A stretch of 64,000 nucleotides of DNA from Macrostomum lignano (GCA_002269645.1 NIVC01003437.1:1-64000); one strand, 5' to 3'; positions 37,800-51,003 are shown, counted from the first letter of the stretch. Notes: a model not told the origin generated them from the letters alone. A program made the numbers and translations.

Positions 37800-39403
37800 T
37801 TTAAAATACTGCTGAAAAATCTGGATTGCTACGCCACGATCAGAGCCTCTTGGTTTCTACGCCATTACTACGAGTATAGTGTTCTGCACTTTGAGACCGA
37901 CTACGACCTGGACGACTTTCACGGCCGACTCGAGTGGCAGCACCACCAAGCACCACTCGGCAGGTTGGCGTGGGGCTCCTGTCAGGGAAAGTGGGAATCC
38001 TGTTTGAACCAAGCTGGATAGAAGACGTCCAGGTTCACGCTGAAACTTGAGAGCATCTTGCCGATGGCATCCAAGCCGAGTACGCACTCTGGCTGAATGT
38101 CGGTGACCACCATCACCTGATGCTCTGTTGGCGGCAGACCGTCCAGCCGTATGGCTAGCGTTGCACTTCTTGGGGACTCCGAGCGTCAGCCGTCGATATC
38201 GACCGGAGAGCTGAGAGTTGAATGCAGCTGAGCAGCGATTCCTGCTGACACCAGCGTCACCTGCGCACCGGTGTCGAACAGCCACCTGCAGGACCGGCCA
38301 GCAATGCTGACGGGAAGGAAGATGGAAGCGGTTTAGGCCGTGCTAGGCAGGGCTGGTGATGGCCCGCGGTCACCAGTCCTCAGAAGTTTCCCGAAGCTGG
38401 TGTCGGGCAGACCTCGGCTTGGTGTCCTTTGCCTGAGCAGCGGCCGCGCACCGACGGCATGGTTGGTGCGGTGTTGGACTCTGACTGACTCTGATCTTTT
38501 ATGGACTGTGGGCTCTGGGATCAGTGTTTGGGGTGGGTTATTTGTCTGGTGAGGGTTTGCGTACTCTGTGTACATCGTTGCTCATTCTCTATTCCATCGT
38601 GCATGCCTTATCTCTGTCACCCACCCCCAAATGCTATGCTGCGATGCTTATTAAATGTGTTTCCGATCTAAGGTTGACTTCAATAAACTTTTGTCACAAC
38701 TTCAGAGCTAAAGCTATTGACTTTCAGTGCGGCCTTCCTGCTGGGGCACGGAGCCGCGAAATTTGCCTGGCTGAGCGCAGTTGAAGCATCTTCCCCGGCT
38801 GCTGCCTTTGCGTCCGGCTCCTCTTCTTCTTCCACGTTGACTGCCACGGCTGCTGATCGTGGCGACTGTCGCGGCCAGGTCTGCCAGCTGCTCCTGAATC
38901 TGCTCCAGCCGATCAGACACTTGATTGCTAATCGATGTCACTGCAACGCTTGCAGAGGCTCCTTTGCTGCCGATGCTTTCCAGGGTCGTGGCGCGGTCCG
39001 CCAACCGTTCAGGGCTGACTTCGTCGCAATCGGCCTCTTTCGAAGGCAGCAGTGCCAGCATTCGGTGTCGCACTTCGCAATCTTTCAAACTCTGAAATGG
39101 AGCGGTAGGAGTTTTCCTTGCTGCTGTAGAACTGGATGAGTTTGCTTTTTACACTCTTGAAGCTTTTCTTCTCGTCCTCTGGCAGGTCCCAGACGAACAC
39201 CAGCGCTTCGCCGCACAGAAGAAGCTTGCTTTTTGAGGCCATTTTAGCATCGTTCCACCCTGAATCTGCTGCAAAATCTTCAAACATTTGCAGCCATATG
39301 TTAATGTCGATGTCGTCTGCACTCGAAAACTTTGGTGGCAAAAGTGCATTTTCATGCACCATGAGTGACTGGCTTGATTTAGAGACCGCTACCACCAATG
39401 TAA
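37800..39403 (-). mobile_element. Decayed Ty3/Gypsy gag-protease remnant with PBS
   Basis: Gag-like LPPKFS..INIWLQMFEDFA..GWND..LCGEALVFVWDLPE; broken zinc knuckle RCFNCAQPG; protease WLFDTGAQVTLVS (~38250-38300) and VLGLDAI (~38060-38085). Several frameshifts and stops; no RT or integrase. Confidence 0.8.
39385..39397 (-). other. Primer-binding site TGGTGGTAGCGGT directly after an LTR-like ...TTACA end
   Basis: The minus strand reads TTACA-T-TGGTGGTAGCGGT just upstream of gag; it resembles tRNA-Leu-type PBS sequences. Confidence 0.65.
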
Positions 39404-40750
39404 ACTAGCCAGAAGGCAGGTTTGAGCTAGTCCGAGAAATCACGAAGTGTCTAAAGGCACAGTCAGTAAAAGTCCCAACAGAATTTTTTTTAAATTTCTT
39501 CAAATGTCTCCGGGGTTCTCATTCACCGGAGCGGGCGTGCAGCAATTCTGCATCAATGTGTCTTTGGTCCATTCGAGCAACTGAATGTGGGACTGTCATT
39601 GGCTGACTCGAAGTGTCTGATAGAGCCATGCTCTGCTACGGGGTCAGCCTTGTAGCTTTGAATCTGAGCGAATTTCACCAGCTCGAGCTGTTGTGTTCAG
39701 GCAAGTGAAGTCCTTGAACACAGCAAGTCAAGCGTACATGGACGCGGAACTGCTCAATAAAAATCCTAACTGAGCTTCAAATGCCATCAATTTGTGCAAC
39801 AGGTGACTTAATATCCAAATGATCGTGCAAGATATGCGAATATGTATTTTATTATTATCGTCTTTAGAGTGCAGCATTGGCCATTCACCCACCTCTGTGT
39901 CCAATTTTCTAAGTGAGGGAATTGCACTCAGTAGTTATAGCGAAAACTATATGTTTAACAAAACCTTGGAGGATGCTAAATGGGATCGAAGATTCATTGA
40001 AAGCAACTACAGTCTTGCACCTAACAACTATCACGCAGTTAAAACAAAACTCAAAAAACCTCAGCTAATGAACTTATCAATGTTTGTACCTGTGCAGGTT
40101 TCTGCCAGCTCTTACAATGCCGGTTCGCAATCAGCGATCACCAAGCTACACTTGCTAAAACAAGCCGAGCTTTTGTCTCTTTAACTCTCTGGAAGTTTCT
40201 GCCTACTGACGAGTAGCAATGAAATAATCTGAAGCGAATATTCTCTTGAGCGTTCGAAGCTTGACTTGTACCAGAACTCACAGATACTTGTACTCGTACA
40301 GACTGTTTCTGTGTTCCTGAAGGGTGCGAGAATGTGCTCTGAAGCCCCTCGCCCAATATCTATAAAAGTTGTGATGGGACAGACCAATGCCGCTGTTTGG
40401 ATAGCAAAGCAAGAACAAACAAAGGTGCTTTCCGAGATTTTAAAGATACACTTTTCACTGTATATTCAAAACATTGATCGCATCTCACAATTATTAATTA
40501 AAACTTCACGAAAAACCGTGCATCTAAAATCAACGAGAATAATTTTTATTTATTTTGCGTTTTCCTCTTGTCATATTAGTTGAAATTTTGAGCATGATCT
40601 CACACGAGGAAGCTAAAACAAAATAATTGTATTAATTTTTTAACCCGAATTCAGAAAAGCACCATGCACCAAGAAGCCTTGAATAAAGATAAGCAGTCAT
40701 GAGTCAAAACTGTCTGCTGAACAGCAGCTCGTGTGAGCGCCATAAGATCA

Positions 40751-42165
40751 TTAGCACTTCAATTTCATCAGAGTGCGCTGCATTGGGACGAATTTCCTGT
40801 GCAAGTAGAAGCTGTTGTACGTTGGATTGTTAGTGATCTTCCTGTCAGTGGCGTAGGCTCCGTTCAGGTTCAGGCTATGGCACCTGCTAAACCACCAACC
40901 ACCGTAGCCAAACTTTCGAGAGCACGAATGCTTCCAAGTGTCGTGATCTCGGTCGAATGTGCTAAACCTCATCTCGTTGTGCGCCTGAAACCCGTTGCCC
41001 AACACCGACCTGCCGACCTGCAGTCCGACGCGCAGGCGGTACTGCTGCTCAGGACCGAGCACTTGGAACATTCTGAACTCGGCTCTGTACCTCCCGCCTC
41101 TAAAGCTCTGGACCTCGATTCTCAACCGGCACCGGGAAGTCAGGGGGGAGCCGTTCTTTTCACCTGTTTTCGTCATCTCGGACAGACGGTCCAAGCCTGT
41201 GGTTTGGAAATAGAGAATAAACCACTATCAATTCCAAGTATTTTTGTAAAACTTTCTAAAACTGTAAAATAAAGGTTTGAAATTTCATGAAAAGAACCGG
41301 AAGGTAGTTGACTAGGTACCTGAAGTTCTTTATCAACTAATTATGCAAGCATGGAAGGAGTTTAGATACAGAACGAGCGTAGAAATCGACGACGGAAGAG
41401 CCCCGGAACGAGGGCTTTCTAATTGCATTTTATATCCACTGATCAGCTCAACTAACCCATCCAGTAGTTGGAGCTGGGATTTCCGAATCCCTTCACATAG
41501 GAGTCCCAGTTCTGAGCGAACGAGAGGCTGCCGTCGACCCGCCTCTGGAACACGATCCAGCGGTGCCGGTTGCAGCTCAGCCTCGGCAGGTTGGCGCTGC
41601 TTCTGACGCCGAACCTCACCGGAATGCTGCCGACTCTGCCGAGAGCTTCGAACTGCAGCGCCCGGCCAATGTCCGACGGGTTGCTCACGAGCTCGTTTCT
41701 GAGATGCTGGCACCTGCGAAACGAGCTGCACAGGAAGACGAGGTCGGCCCTCCTGCCCGAGTTTTTTACCTTCACCATCACGGAAAGCCCGGACTGTCGG
41801 CTGGACAAGCCTCGGTCCGCCTTCACATTCAGCCCGATGATTGACACGCGGTCGACTTTCTTCGACGAGTCCTTAAGCGATCGGCGCGAGTTTGCATCGA
41901 TGCGAATCGGCAGAGTCAGCTGGTACTTCTTGTACACCCAGCTGAACTTCACGGCACTGCATGAGGACTGGAAAGCAACTCTCGGCTCGGCAACGCGAAC
42001 GCCATCGATTTCAAAGACGCCCAACTTCGATCCTTTGAATGTGGTGGTGCCGACTCGAGCGAAGCTGCTCACGTCCATGTAACCCGACTGTCCGTTGGCA
42101 TCTGCAGAAACCGTGCAGCAGGCGAGACCCAGCAGAACGGCGGTGAGCAGAGTCCAGGATTGCAT
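40751..42165 (-). CDS. Secreted fibrinogen-related domain (FReD) protein, 2 exons, 384 aa
   Basis: Exons 42165-41457 and 41196-40751 joined by a phase-1 intron (G|GTTAG...CACAG|GC), giving NYWMGLDRL. FBG motifs WIVFQRRVDGSLSF, WDSYVKGFG, FSTFDRDHD, GGWWFSRCHSLNLNG. Signal peptide; TATA-like TATATAT about 80 nt upstream. Confidence 0.9.
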
Positions 42166-43030
42166 TTTGGCTGCAAGTTGAGCTTGTTAGAGTCGTTGAC
42201 TGAGTTCTAACCGATGCGATGAGGGCCGCGGCAAGACTAGGAATATATATACCCGATTGACACTGCGCTGAGAGGATTCGCATATCCGTATTATCCAGAT
42301 GTCCATGTATCTGCATATCCGTATTATCCATATGCCAATATATCCGTATATCCGTCTTTCTGTATTTCGCTGTATGGTGTTTACAAACTCATAAGAAAGA
42401 GCCACGCAGAAAACGAGCCAAGAAAAGAAGCGCAGAGTGAGTCGAGGCCAGTTTAAGTATAATAGTGGCACAATGAGAAAGCTGGAGCGAATAAATGAGA
42501 ATATGAAGGCCCACAGTGGAAGGCAACTGGAGTGTGACAAGACTACAGCAGCCGCCATCCATTCCAGACAGAAGAAAAGGCGAGACGGCGAGTTTGGGCG
42601 AGGCGGTTGACAGGCGAGGCCAGTCAGCAGCAGAAGATTAATGAGCGCAGCACGTGGCCGGGCCGGAGTCCGCCGGAGGGTGAGGAGGAGCGAGCGCACC
42701 CAAGACCGGCGGCGGACCCCGAGAAGCGCAGCAAGCGAGGGGGTGGACCTGCGAACCGAGTCACAAAATGCTCAAATAATGACCTCCTCTAATTGCTCCA
42801 ACTCAAGCAAAGAAAAAACACTCAACACCAGCTCCTCGCCCCGTCGAAACACACAAGTTTAATGTTTTGAACCAGAGAAAATCTTGATATAATTGTTTTT
42901 TAAGCTCCTGCCATTTCTGATCACGACATTGGCGGCAGGGGATGGAAAATCCAAATGCCTATGAAATAGATGAGGCCTCAGTTCTGAGCGGTACAACTCG
43001 CCGTTATCCGTAGCTTCCTGAAATTTCTTG

Positions 43031-43219
43031 CTACAGTTGCATAATCAAACCCCAATATTTATTTGTGAGAGCATGCAAAAGTGCCGTGACTCGTCGTGGC
43101 ATCCTGATCACCAGCCGGTTGATGAACTCCCGGGGCAGCTGCTGCCAGGCATTCAGCACCGCCAGTCGCAACTGTTCAGCATTCTGTGGGGCATCCTGCT
43201 GAACTCCTCTGTGGGGCAC
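43031..43219 (-). mobile_element. Tc1/mariner transposase C-terminal remnant
   Basis: PQNAEQLRLAVLNAWQQLPREFINRLVIRMPRRVTALL..NKY matches the conserved Tc1 C-terminal helices. Confidence 0.75.
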
Positions 43220-43370
43220 CCTCCTCTTTAACTACTGATTGTTTACCATTGCGCAATGCAGCAACCAGTGGGTTGAGTTGCGCCACCCCCTCTCCGAATC
43301 CCCCATGCCGCACTTTGCGCTTGCGTCTGGCGGCGGCAGCCTTCACACATTTCTGAGTCACCGATGGCAT

Positions 43371-44149
43371 TGTCACGTTATTGGCGTAGAGGCTATGACC
43401 CTTAGAAGGGCCGTTTTACGAGAGTTGTCGTAAGTCGTAGTCCCAAAATGAATCGAGTCAAGTCTTGAGAAGCGGATTGTGTAGCGGAGCACTTGGCGTA
43501 CAAGGCAGGGAACTGCCGTAGTTGATTTATTGTTGAGATCAATATTCGAATTGGTTAATGTCAATATAGAACTTATTGCGCTTTGGGACACTGGCGGCTG
43601 CAACAATGGTTTTGAATTGAAGGTGAGTTAGAAATTGCAGTCGAGTGGCAGGCGAGTGATGCAAGGCGATGCAACGTGGTGAGTAACGGCGATGAGCACA
43701 GAAGAGGCAGATGCGTAGTGGTGAGATTGGCGTTAGCCGTGGCAGACAGTGGCAGGTAGTGTAAACAGGCTGGCCCAGACAGAGGAGAGATAAGGGGGGC
43801 TCGAGGCAGCCCGAAACCAGACAGAAGGCAGGAGAAGGAGCGAAGGAGAAGAAGGTGAGGGGCCCGCCGCCAGGCGGGGGTTAATAAAGAGCGCAGAGGG
43901 CTAGCAAAATACACGCGGAGATTTTTCATTGGCTGGCGAGAGAACTTGAAATTATCGATCGTGCCAAAATTCACAGACGAGCGCAAGGCCTACCAAATAC
44001 ACAGTGAATTAGCAGTTGATACAGATTATTTGCACGCTACTACAAGTAAACGTTAAAATAAACTATTGGAGAAATTAAAATGAGAAATTGCAAGGGAAAC
44101 TATAGTCCAACGGCCCTTTTGCGGGACCACTTAAACTAGCAACGTCACA
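43371..44149. mobile_element. Solo LTR, family B
   Basis: Termini TGTCACGTT...AACGTCACA; perfect 4-bp TSD GCAT; colinear with 14223-15059. Confidence 0.88.
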
Positions 44150-46983
44150 GCATACAAAACTTTTAGGCCGTGTGACAGCGTGAGTGGGGGGGGTTTAGCT
44201 GTTGCTGAGTATATATGGACGGAGACTCCAAGCTAGGTTATAAGTAAACATTAAAATCAATTTAACTATATAATAAAACACAGCGAATCGCGATCTTGGT
44301 TGTAAAGCTGCCGACATTACGGCTGGGGAGAAGAGTAGGCTCTGAGATTCATACTGCTAGCGGAAAAATATAGCAAAAAAGATGCTGATGTCGGAGACAG
44401 AGTATAAGGCTCTAGCCGGCCGCTAACTAGAAACTTACGAGCCTACATATGAGTAATAATAACTCCGCTAAAACAAACGAGGTAGACGGTAGTTTCCGAT
44501 TAACCAAATAGTAAATTTGATAACTTCGTTTTACGGTTTGAATAAGTAAGTAGGTAAACAGATAAGCGAGCTACAGGCAGAGAGAATAAGTCCGAGACAC
44601 TACGGTATAACTAAGCTACTCCAATAATCTATCTCGTATTGTATATAGCTTACGCCTATCTACTTGGTCTGAGACCAATACGCTAATATTCATATATCAA
44701 TAGCCATGGCAGTGCTCAGTCTTACCCACCATTCACAGGTGTCTGCAGAAGCAATAGGTACGCTTAGATCACAACAACGATGTGCAAACGAGTTTTTCAA
44801 GCAAGTCAGAAGTTAGTAAAGCGAGTAAAGATTAGGCATTTAATTCCTCGCTTATTTATAGTGAAATTTCCCGATGCAGTCACTGCAAAACTGTCCGCGT
44901 TAGCAACTTCTCACGCCTTCCAGACATCGTCGCAATTCCGGCCGATTCCCATGGTCTCCCTCACTCTTGCGACGTCTGGAGTGTCTCAGTGTTCAGAATG
45001 TAATTAACCCCCCCACCCCCACATAAAGGCATGCAACCCTTTAAAGTGGAAGCAGACTTTTAGGGCGGCCTGCACTCGCCCTTTGCACTGCCGTCCTCGA
45101 GCGCTTGTGGCATTTTGTAAGAGTGCAGCTGTCCTCAACTGCTACGCTCCACCACACTCTGATAACAGTGCAATTCCCTAATAATTCCCTAAAACCTAAA
45201 ACCTAAAACCTAAAAGCGAAGTCTTATTTGTAATAGTTCTTACGATAGTTCCTAAATGACAGTCGATTATCATCCCTATCAGTAGTGATGGCATTCACAC
45301 TGTTTATAAATGTTACGATTTATATAAGGTGTCAAATGCAACTAACAAGTGGCGGTCGTAGGAAAAAGGAAACAAGGACCCGAGGATAGCAGATCCCAGT
45401 GGGTGAATGTATTTTGTGGCAGAAGGGTTCACATAGCGAGCGAGACGAGACGTGCACTGCGGTGACGGTTCTTCATCTCTCTGCCTCTCCTCTTACTTGA
45501 TGCCGATACCCGCCTAAGGCGCTGTGTACTGCTGACTCAGTGTCTTGGGTTGGCTGACAGCCACGGAATAGAAGATATGATGATTTTCTGCGGCTTACAT
45601 ATCTGCCCCACAAAATAAAATGAGAGAGTCCAGCGGTGAGAGTCCGATAGACAATGCGGTGAGGGACCGATAGACGATGCGGGGAAAGTCAGACAGACGA
45701 TACGGTGAGATCAGTCCTAACCTTAAGCACAGAATGCAAGACCACCAGTTAACTATGTCCCTTGCCCTTCAGACTGTCGATATTTTCAAAAATGTTTCTA
45801 GAAGGTCGGATGTTTTGACAACGATAATTTGTAACGATTGACATTCAAATTAGCATGAAGTCCTAATAATCAGCAAATAAAAAACACACAGAAAGTCTCA
45901 CGAGAATACAAATGCGTTAGGTTGGAATTATTTTATTCAAATTATTAAGACATTTTATTCAAATATTGTCAGCGAAAGAGCGGTGCAAAAACTTTGACAG
46001 ATTCGTTGGTTTCTAAATTGATAAAATTCGATTTAATGTCCGGGTTGCTACCAAAAAATTAAACATATTTCATAAACAATGGTGATATAAATATTGGTTT
46101 AAATCGCCTGATTAAAACGACAGATAGCATTTCATATATTAGTTAAACAAACAATCTTGGGATCGATAAGCTTTCTTGGAAGAATTCAATTAAGTGTCTT
46201 TCATAGCAGAGTAAAACAAGCTAAAAACGATAGTCTTACAATGATTTCAACGCCTTTATTTCAATTCGCCATCGCGCTATGCTACTTAAAACTGTTCAGT
46301 AGTGCAAACGGACTCTTATAGATATAAATTAAAAACAGGCACTTGTCTAGGAAAAACTAAAGGCATATCTCTTACAAACAGTATTTGAACTTAAAACAAA
46401 AAATACACCAACGAAAGTACAAGCTAAAAATATAAGGCCATCTTCCTGAACCTGGCGTGACCTGTAAGTTAAGCACAAAGTTAGTCTGTGATATTAAAGT
46501 ACATGTACACGTGGTATGAAAATCAATATTAGAGTAATTTAATTAGTATAAGATGTTATTTTGAGATCCGAGAAAGCTCAGCGTCATTGAATATGAATAT
46601 TAGCTATCAGCTGTTGAAAATACTCAGAAAAAATCTCTTTGAGACATCTCATCACCCAAAAATCAAGTAAACAAATTTATAGTCAGGAACTTTTGGTGTG
46701 TGCTACTAATTCTCTCTTCAATTGTATATTTCTGCATTTTCTAGGAACTTATTGAAGTGTGGTCGTAGTTAACACCGAAAAGTTTTCCAGAATTCTACAT
46801 GTAATTTATGAGTGTTTTTTTAGTTCTAAAAGGATTCGACCTAGAAATGATACAAGTCTTTCTGAAGCTATCCCAAATATTTATATGTAGATTTGTTAGA
46901 ATTTGCGAAAATCTAAAACCGAACATTTATTGAAGCCGAAACTGCCGCTAAAAAAGTTGTTTTACAAAACTCTACTGTTGCTG

Positions 46984-48983
46984 CTACTGAGGCGGTGACG
47001 TTGTCCGGGTGGCAGCACTTCCGAACGGATTCTTCGGCTCCACAGTGGTCACCACGCTGGACAGATTGCCGAAGCGACCGTGGCACGTCGATGAAGTCGA
47101 CGCGGGTCTCGCTGGCATCGCCGGATGAGCGACGCTGCTCACCGACTGCTGCTGCTGCTGCTGCTGACTTGTTCGAGGCCCGACGCTGGACTGCACCGCA
47201 GCTCGACGTCCCGTGTAGCCGGGGATGTCGGTTGGACTGCAGCGAGCAGTGATTGGAAAGGAAGATTGGCTAGGAATATGATCTGGTTGAAAATTATTTT
47301 CTGAATACTTTGAGGGTGTTTCGGCTACAAGCATACGAAATGAAGGATTTAAAATGCAGGAATGAGCGTCGCGCGATGGGGGACTGATTTGGAGGAGTTT
47401 AAAATGGGGTTAGTGTGTGGCGCCACCTAGCTAGGCGCGATAAAGGGTTGATTTGGAGAAGTTTGAAATGGGGTGGGTGTGTGGTGGAACTAAGATAGGC
47501 GCGATAGGGGTTGATTCGGAAGGGTTAGAAATGGGATGGATGTGTGGCGGCACTTGGGCGCGATAGGGGTTGATTCGGAAGGGTTAGAAATGGGGTGGAT
47601 GTGTGGCGGCACTTGGGCGCGATAGGGGTTGATTCGGAAGGGTTAGAAATGGGGTGGATGTGTGGCGGCACTTGGGCGCGATAGGGGTTGATTCGGAAGG
47701 GTTTGAAATGGGGTGGGTGTGTGACGGCACTTGGGCGCGATAGGGGTTGATTCGGAAGGGTTTGAAATGGGGTGGGTGTGTGGCGGCACTTGGGCGCGAT
47801 AGGGGTTGATTCGGAAGGGTTAGAAATGGGGTGGATGTGTGGCGGCACTTGGGCGCGATAGGGGTTGATTCGGAAGGGTTTGAAATGGGGTGGATGTGTG
47901 GCGGCACTTGGGCGCGATAGGGGTTGATTCGGAAGGGTTTGAAATGGGGTGGGTGTGTGACGGCACAATTAACTAGGCGCGATGGGGGTTGATTAGGGTT
48001 AGTCTAGAATCAGGTGGGTGTGTGGCGGAAATATCGAGGCCGGATAGAGGCGAGGCGAATGGACCCACTGTGCCAGTGAGGCAATAAAACCAAATCGAGC
48101 TTACGCTCCGCTGACACCAAACTTAGGCTGCGGATTGCGCAGCACAGTGTAGGGCCGAAGCGGCTCGTACGGGTTGTCGATTTCTTGCGGATTGTCGGCG
48201 CCAACCCAGCCCGAGTAGGTTGGCAGATGGTTGGTGCGACGGGCCACGCTGCAGCTGCAGTTTTAAATAAAAAGATGTAAGATATTTGTTAATATATTTT
48301 CGGCTGTTCCCAAGGCAATGATACTTGGGTGGGTGTCTTGGGGTACTTACTAGGTGTATGGCCGCTGCCGATTGTAATAGTCGGGCCTCAGCTGCTTGAA
48401 GTCCCAGGTTAGACCGCGCTCCTGTGTGTAAAGAAGAGTATTAACGAGTAAATTGGTTTTCTTGAAAGGTGCTCGATAGCTAATGAAAGATTCCGGATAG
48501 TTAAGGTAGATACGGGATAGGCGGAAGTGATATCTAATAGCTGGAGAAGATACCCAGTAGACGGATAAGATACCCAATAGACAGAGAAGATACTCAATAG
48601 ACCGAGAATGAAGATACCCAATAGAAAGAAAAGATACCCAATAGAAAGATAAGATACCCAATAGACAGAAAAGATACCCAATAGACAGAAAAGATACCCA
48701 ATAGACAGAAAAGATACCCAAAAGAAAGAAAAAAACCCAATAGACAGAAAAGATACCCAATAGACAGAAAAGATACCCAGTAGACAGAGAAAATACCCAA
48801 TCCCAATCTCAGAGAAACTACCCAAATCTCACCTGAGAGCACCAAGTCTGAGCTGGTGGCAGCGTCTTTTTTGAATTGTTGGTCAGCGACACGGGGTCAG
48901 CGTGGGCCTCCAAGGTGTGGGTTGGCGGGAAGCGCTTGTAGCCGCCTCTTGGCATATCCTCGGCTGGCACGGCCTCGTACGCG
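46984..48983 (-). CDS. SPATA48: SPATA48/SPMIP7-like (sperm microtubule inner protein), last four coding exons
   Basis: Exons 48983-48833, 48421-48351, 48254-48105 and 47236-46984 have compatible phases (0, 2, 2) and good GT-AG sites. The peptide AYEAVP..TLEAHADPVS..LPTYSGWVG..IDNP..IPGYTG..LSSVVTTVEPKNPF matches, from memory, human AYEDVP/ADPIS/IPLYTG/VDNP/IPGYTG/VTTVRPYNPF. The upper boundary of the first exon is uncertain. Confidence 0.75.
47370..48030. repeat. 59-bp G-rich minisatellite (about 8 clean units plus degenerate flanks) in a SPATA48-like intron
   Basis: Unit GATAGGGGTTGATTCGGAAGGGTT(A/T)GAAATGGGGTGG(A/G)TGTGTGGCGGCACTTGGGCGC. Confidence 0.97.
48548..48800. repeat. 20-bp minisatellite GATACCCAATAGACAGAAAA in a SPATA48-like intron
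   Basis: Directly visible, about 12-13 units. Confidence 0.93.
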
Positions 48984-49817
48984 CTAATAGTAGTGTGTAT
49001 CGGGTAGGTAATGCGAAATTTAAATAGTAACTTCTGTCTAAATGACCTAAGCGTGTTGAACAAAAATGTTCTTGTGCGTCATCACACAGGGCCGGAAATA
49101 AACAAGCAAAAATGCTGATTTTCCGTTGAATGCGTTGCATCATAAATAAAGTTTTCTTTAAATAACTGTGTTTAAAATAAATAGTCGTTATACTACTTGT
49201 AAACTACTTAGTTTTAGTGTGGAAAGTATGCTGAAGTATAATGAAGGTGATTACGAACTTTGAATCGGCTCAAATCGATAGAGAAAGCATGCTAATAAAA
49301 ATATATTAATCTACTAGATAGTTTGGCATAAAACAATGAAACCATATTTTATGGGGATGCTAGCAAACAGCGACAAAGACTCTTGACAAAGGCTTGATTG
49401 CTGGAAAAAGAGGCATCATGTCCGTAATTCTGCTGTTTGAGTTTACACGTCGTCACTGGCTCCTGGCCACTACAACCAAACTCTTGGCTGCTTATGCCTA
49501 CTAACGTGTCTAACGTGTCTAACACAGCATGCCTGACGATTTGAAAGTCAGCTGGCCACTGTACATGATGTGTAAGCATCTGTATGAGTACTGTGCCTGC
49601 GTACAGTTATTGGCATGCTTGCATGTGCCGATGGAGTCAGCGGAATGGGCAGAATTCTCGGAAAATGTCGGCCAAGTCGTTGAGCCAGGGTGTCCGCGCA
49701 AGCCCTCTTGCAAATAGTTTTTATTATTTAGCCCGACCGAGACAATGGGTCGTACTATGAAGCTGTCGTAGCGTAAGTTCGATCGTACGTCGGAACTTTT
49801 ACACTGCGGAGAAACTA

Positions 49818-51003
49818 CTGAGCTGCCACACGACAGAGAGCTGTGCAGCTGCCAGCATGGTCGCTGAGCATCGCTGGTGTCTGCTGGCGACTGCCGAGGC
49901 CTTCCTCACTGCATGGCTGTACGGACACGGCCAGTGCGACTCGTTTGTGAACAGGCGGAGGCTGGTAAAGTTCCAGCAGGGTGAGGAGTCATGAGTGACT
50001 GCAGCTGTGCCCATGCAGTGTGTGACTGCAGCTGTGCCCATGCAGTGAGTGACTGCAGCTGTGCTCACATCGTTATCGAATTGCAGCTCACACGACCGAC
50101 CTGCCCAGCAGCATCGCGGTGAGCTCGCTGCGGATTCTGTACCACTTCCGTGTGGGCTCGTTCAACCTGGCGCCTGTGCACCGCAATCCGCACACTCCGG
50201 TGCGTGTCTGCTGTGCTCAAACGGTCTGCGGGCGCTTTCGTGACGGGAGAGTCTGGCTCCTTCATCGGTGTGAGCACGGCCGATGGAATCGAGGACCTGT
50301 TTGTGCCCGAGCCCAACGTGACCGTGTTCATGCGAGCCAAGTACGAATTCAACTCGAGGTGAGTACTTTAGAAAGTACATCTGTAACATAAAAGTGTAGT
50401 TGGTTGCAAATAAGAATTTTAAAGTGATTGCCACCAACCGCACATTTGCTTTCCGAACCCATCGCTTGCAGTGCTGCACGCTCGGTGGTTTTCAGCCTGC
50501 ACAATTGCAGTTTTGGAGGTTTCGCAAGCCTGGTGTTGTTTGATCCTGAAAAAGACAAGCTCATCTTTCGCTTCGACGATCCGTATGAGCAGAAGAAGCG
50601 ACGGTTCATTGATAGTTCCGGAAAATTTCCACACACCTCTGGCAGTGCCTACAACTCCATGGGCTACATCTTCGATGGCTCGGAGTGTTCGACCTACTTC
50701 GAAGGCGGATTGGAGCGACTTGAAACAATCAGGAACGGATCGGTGCTAAGCAATTCATCCAAGTCAAACAAGGCGGAGTGCCTGAGCATCGGAGGAAAAA
50801 TTGCACGGTTTCAGAACTCGATTCAAGGCTGGATTGAATGCTTTGCCATTGCGGAGGGTCTGTTCGATCTGCAGCAGCTCGATGGACTCAGCAGCTGGTG
50901 CAAGAATCTGATTCCAAAGTCAGGTGTGTTAGGCACCTTAGTCTGCAATTCTTTAAGCACACGAGTCCAACATCGAAACTGTTTATCGTTATTGCATGCC
51001 TAA
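49818..51003 (+). pseudogene. PAN-LamG copy 5: 5'-truncated, with a 2-bp deletion in exon 2
   Basis: Exon 1 homology starts at CTGAGCTGCCAC (49818) and ends at 49980. Exon 2 (50087-50358) is 272 rather than 274 nt. Exon 3 (50472-51003) is nearly identical to copy 4. Confidence 0.88.

Noticed and set aside
42533-42765. Short solo LTR candidate TGTGAC...GTCACA
   Set aside because: The flanks GGAG and AAAT do not form a TSD and there is no second copy.
44171-44740. Possible LTR starting TGTGACAGC
   Set aside because: No matching end with a TSD could be identified.
45188-45215. (CCTAAAA)4 as telomeric repeat
   Set aside because: Only four 7-mers, not the metazoan TTAGGG unit.
46984-47236. Last exon of the TRP gene (its phase matches the donor at 56433)
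   Set aside because: It joins in phase with three nearby exons to form a coherent SPATA48-like peptide.
48350-48845. Hydrophobic membrane-protein-like ORFs (GYLFCLLGIFSVYW repeats)
   Set aside because: Translations of the 20-bp intronic minisatellite.
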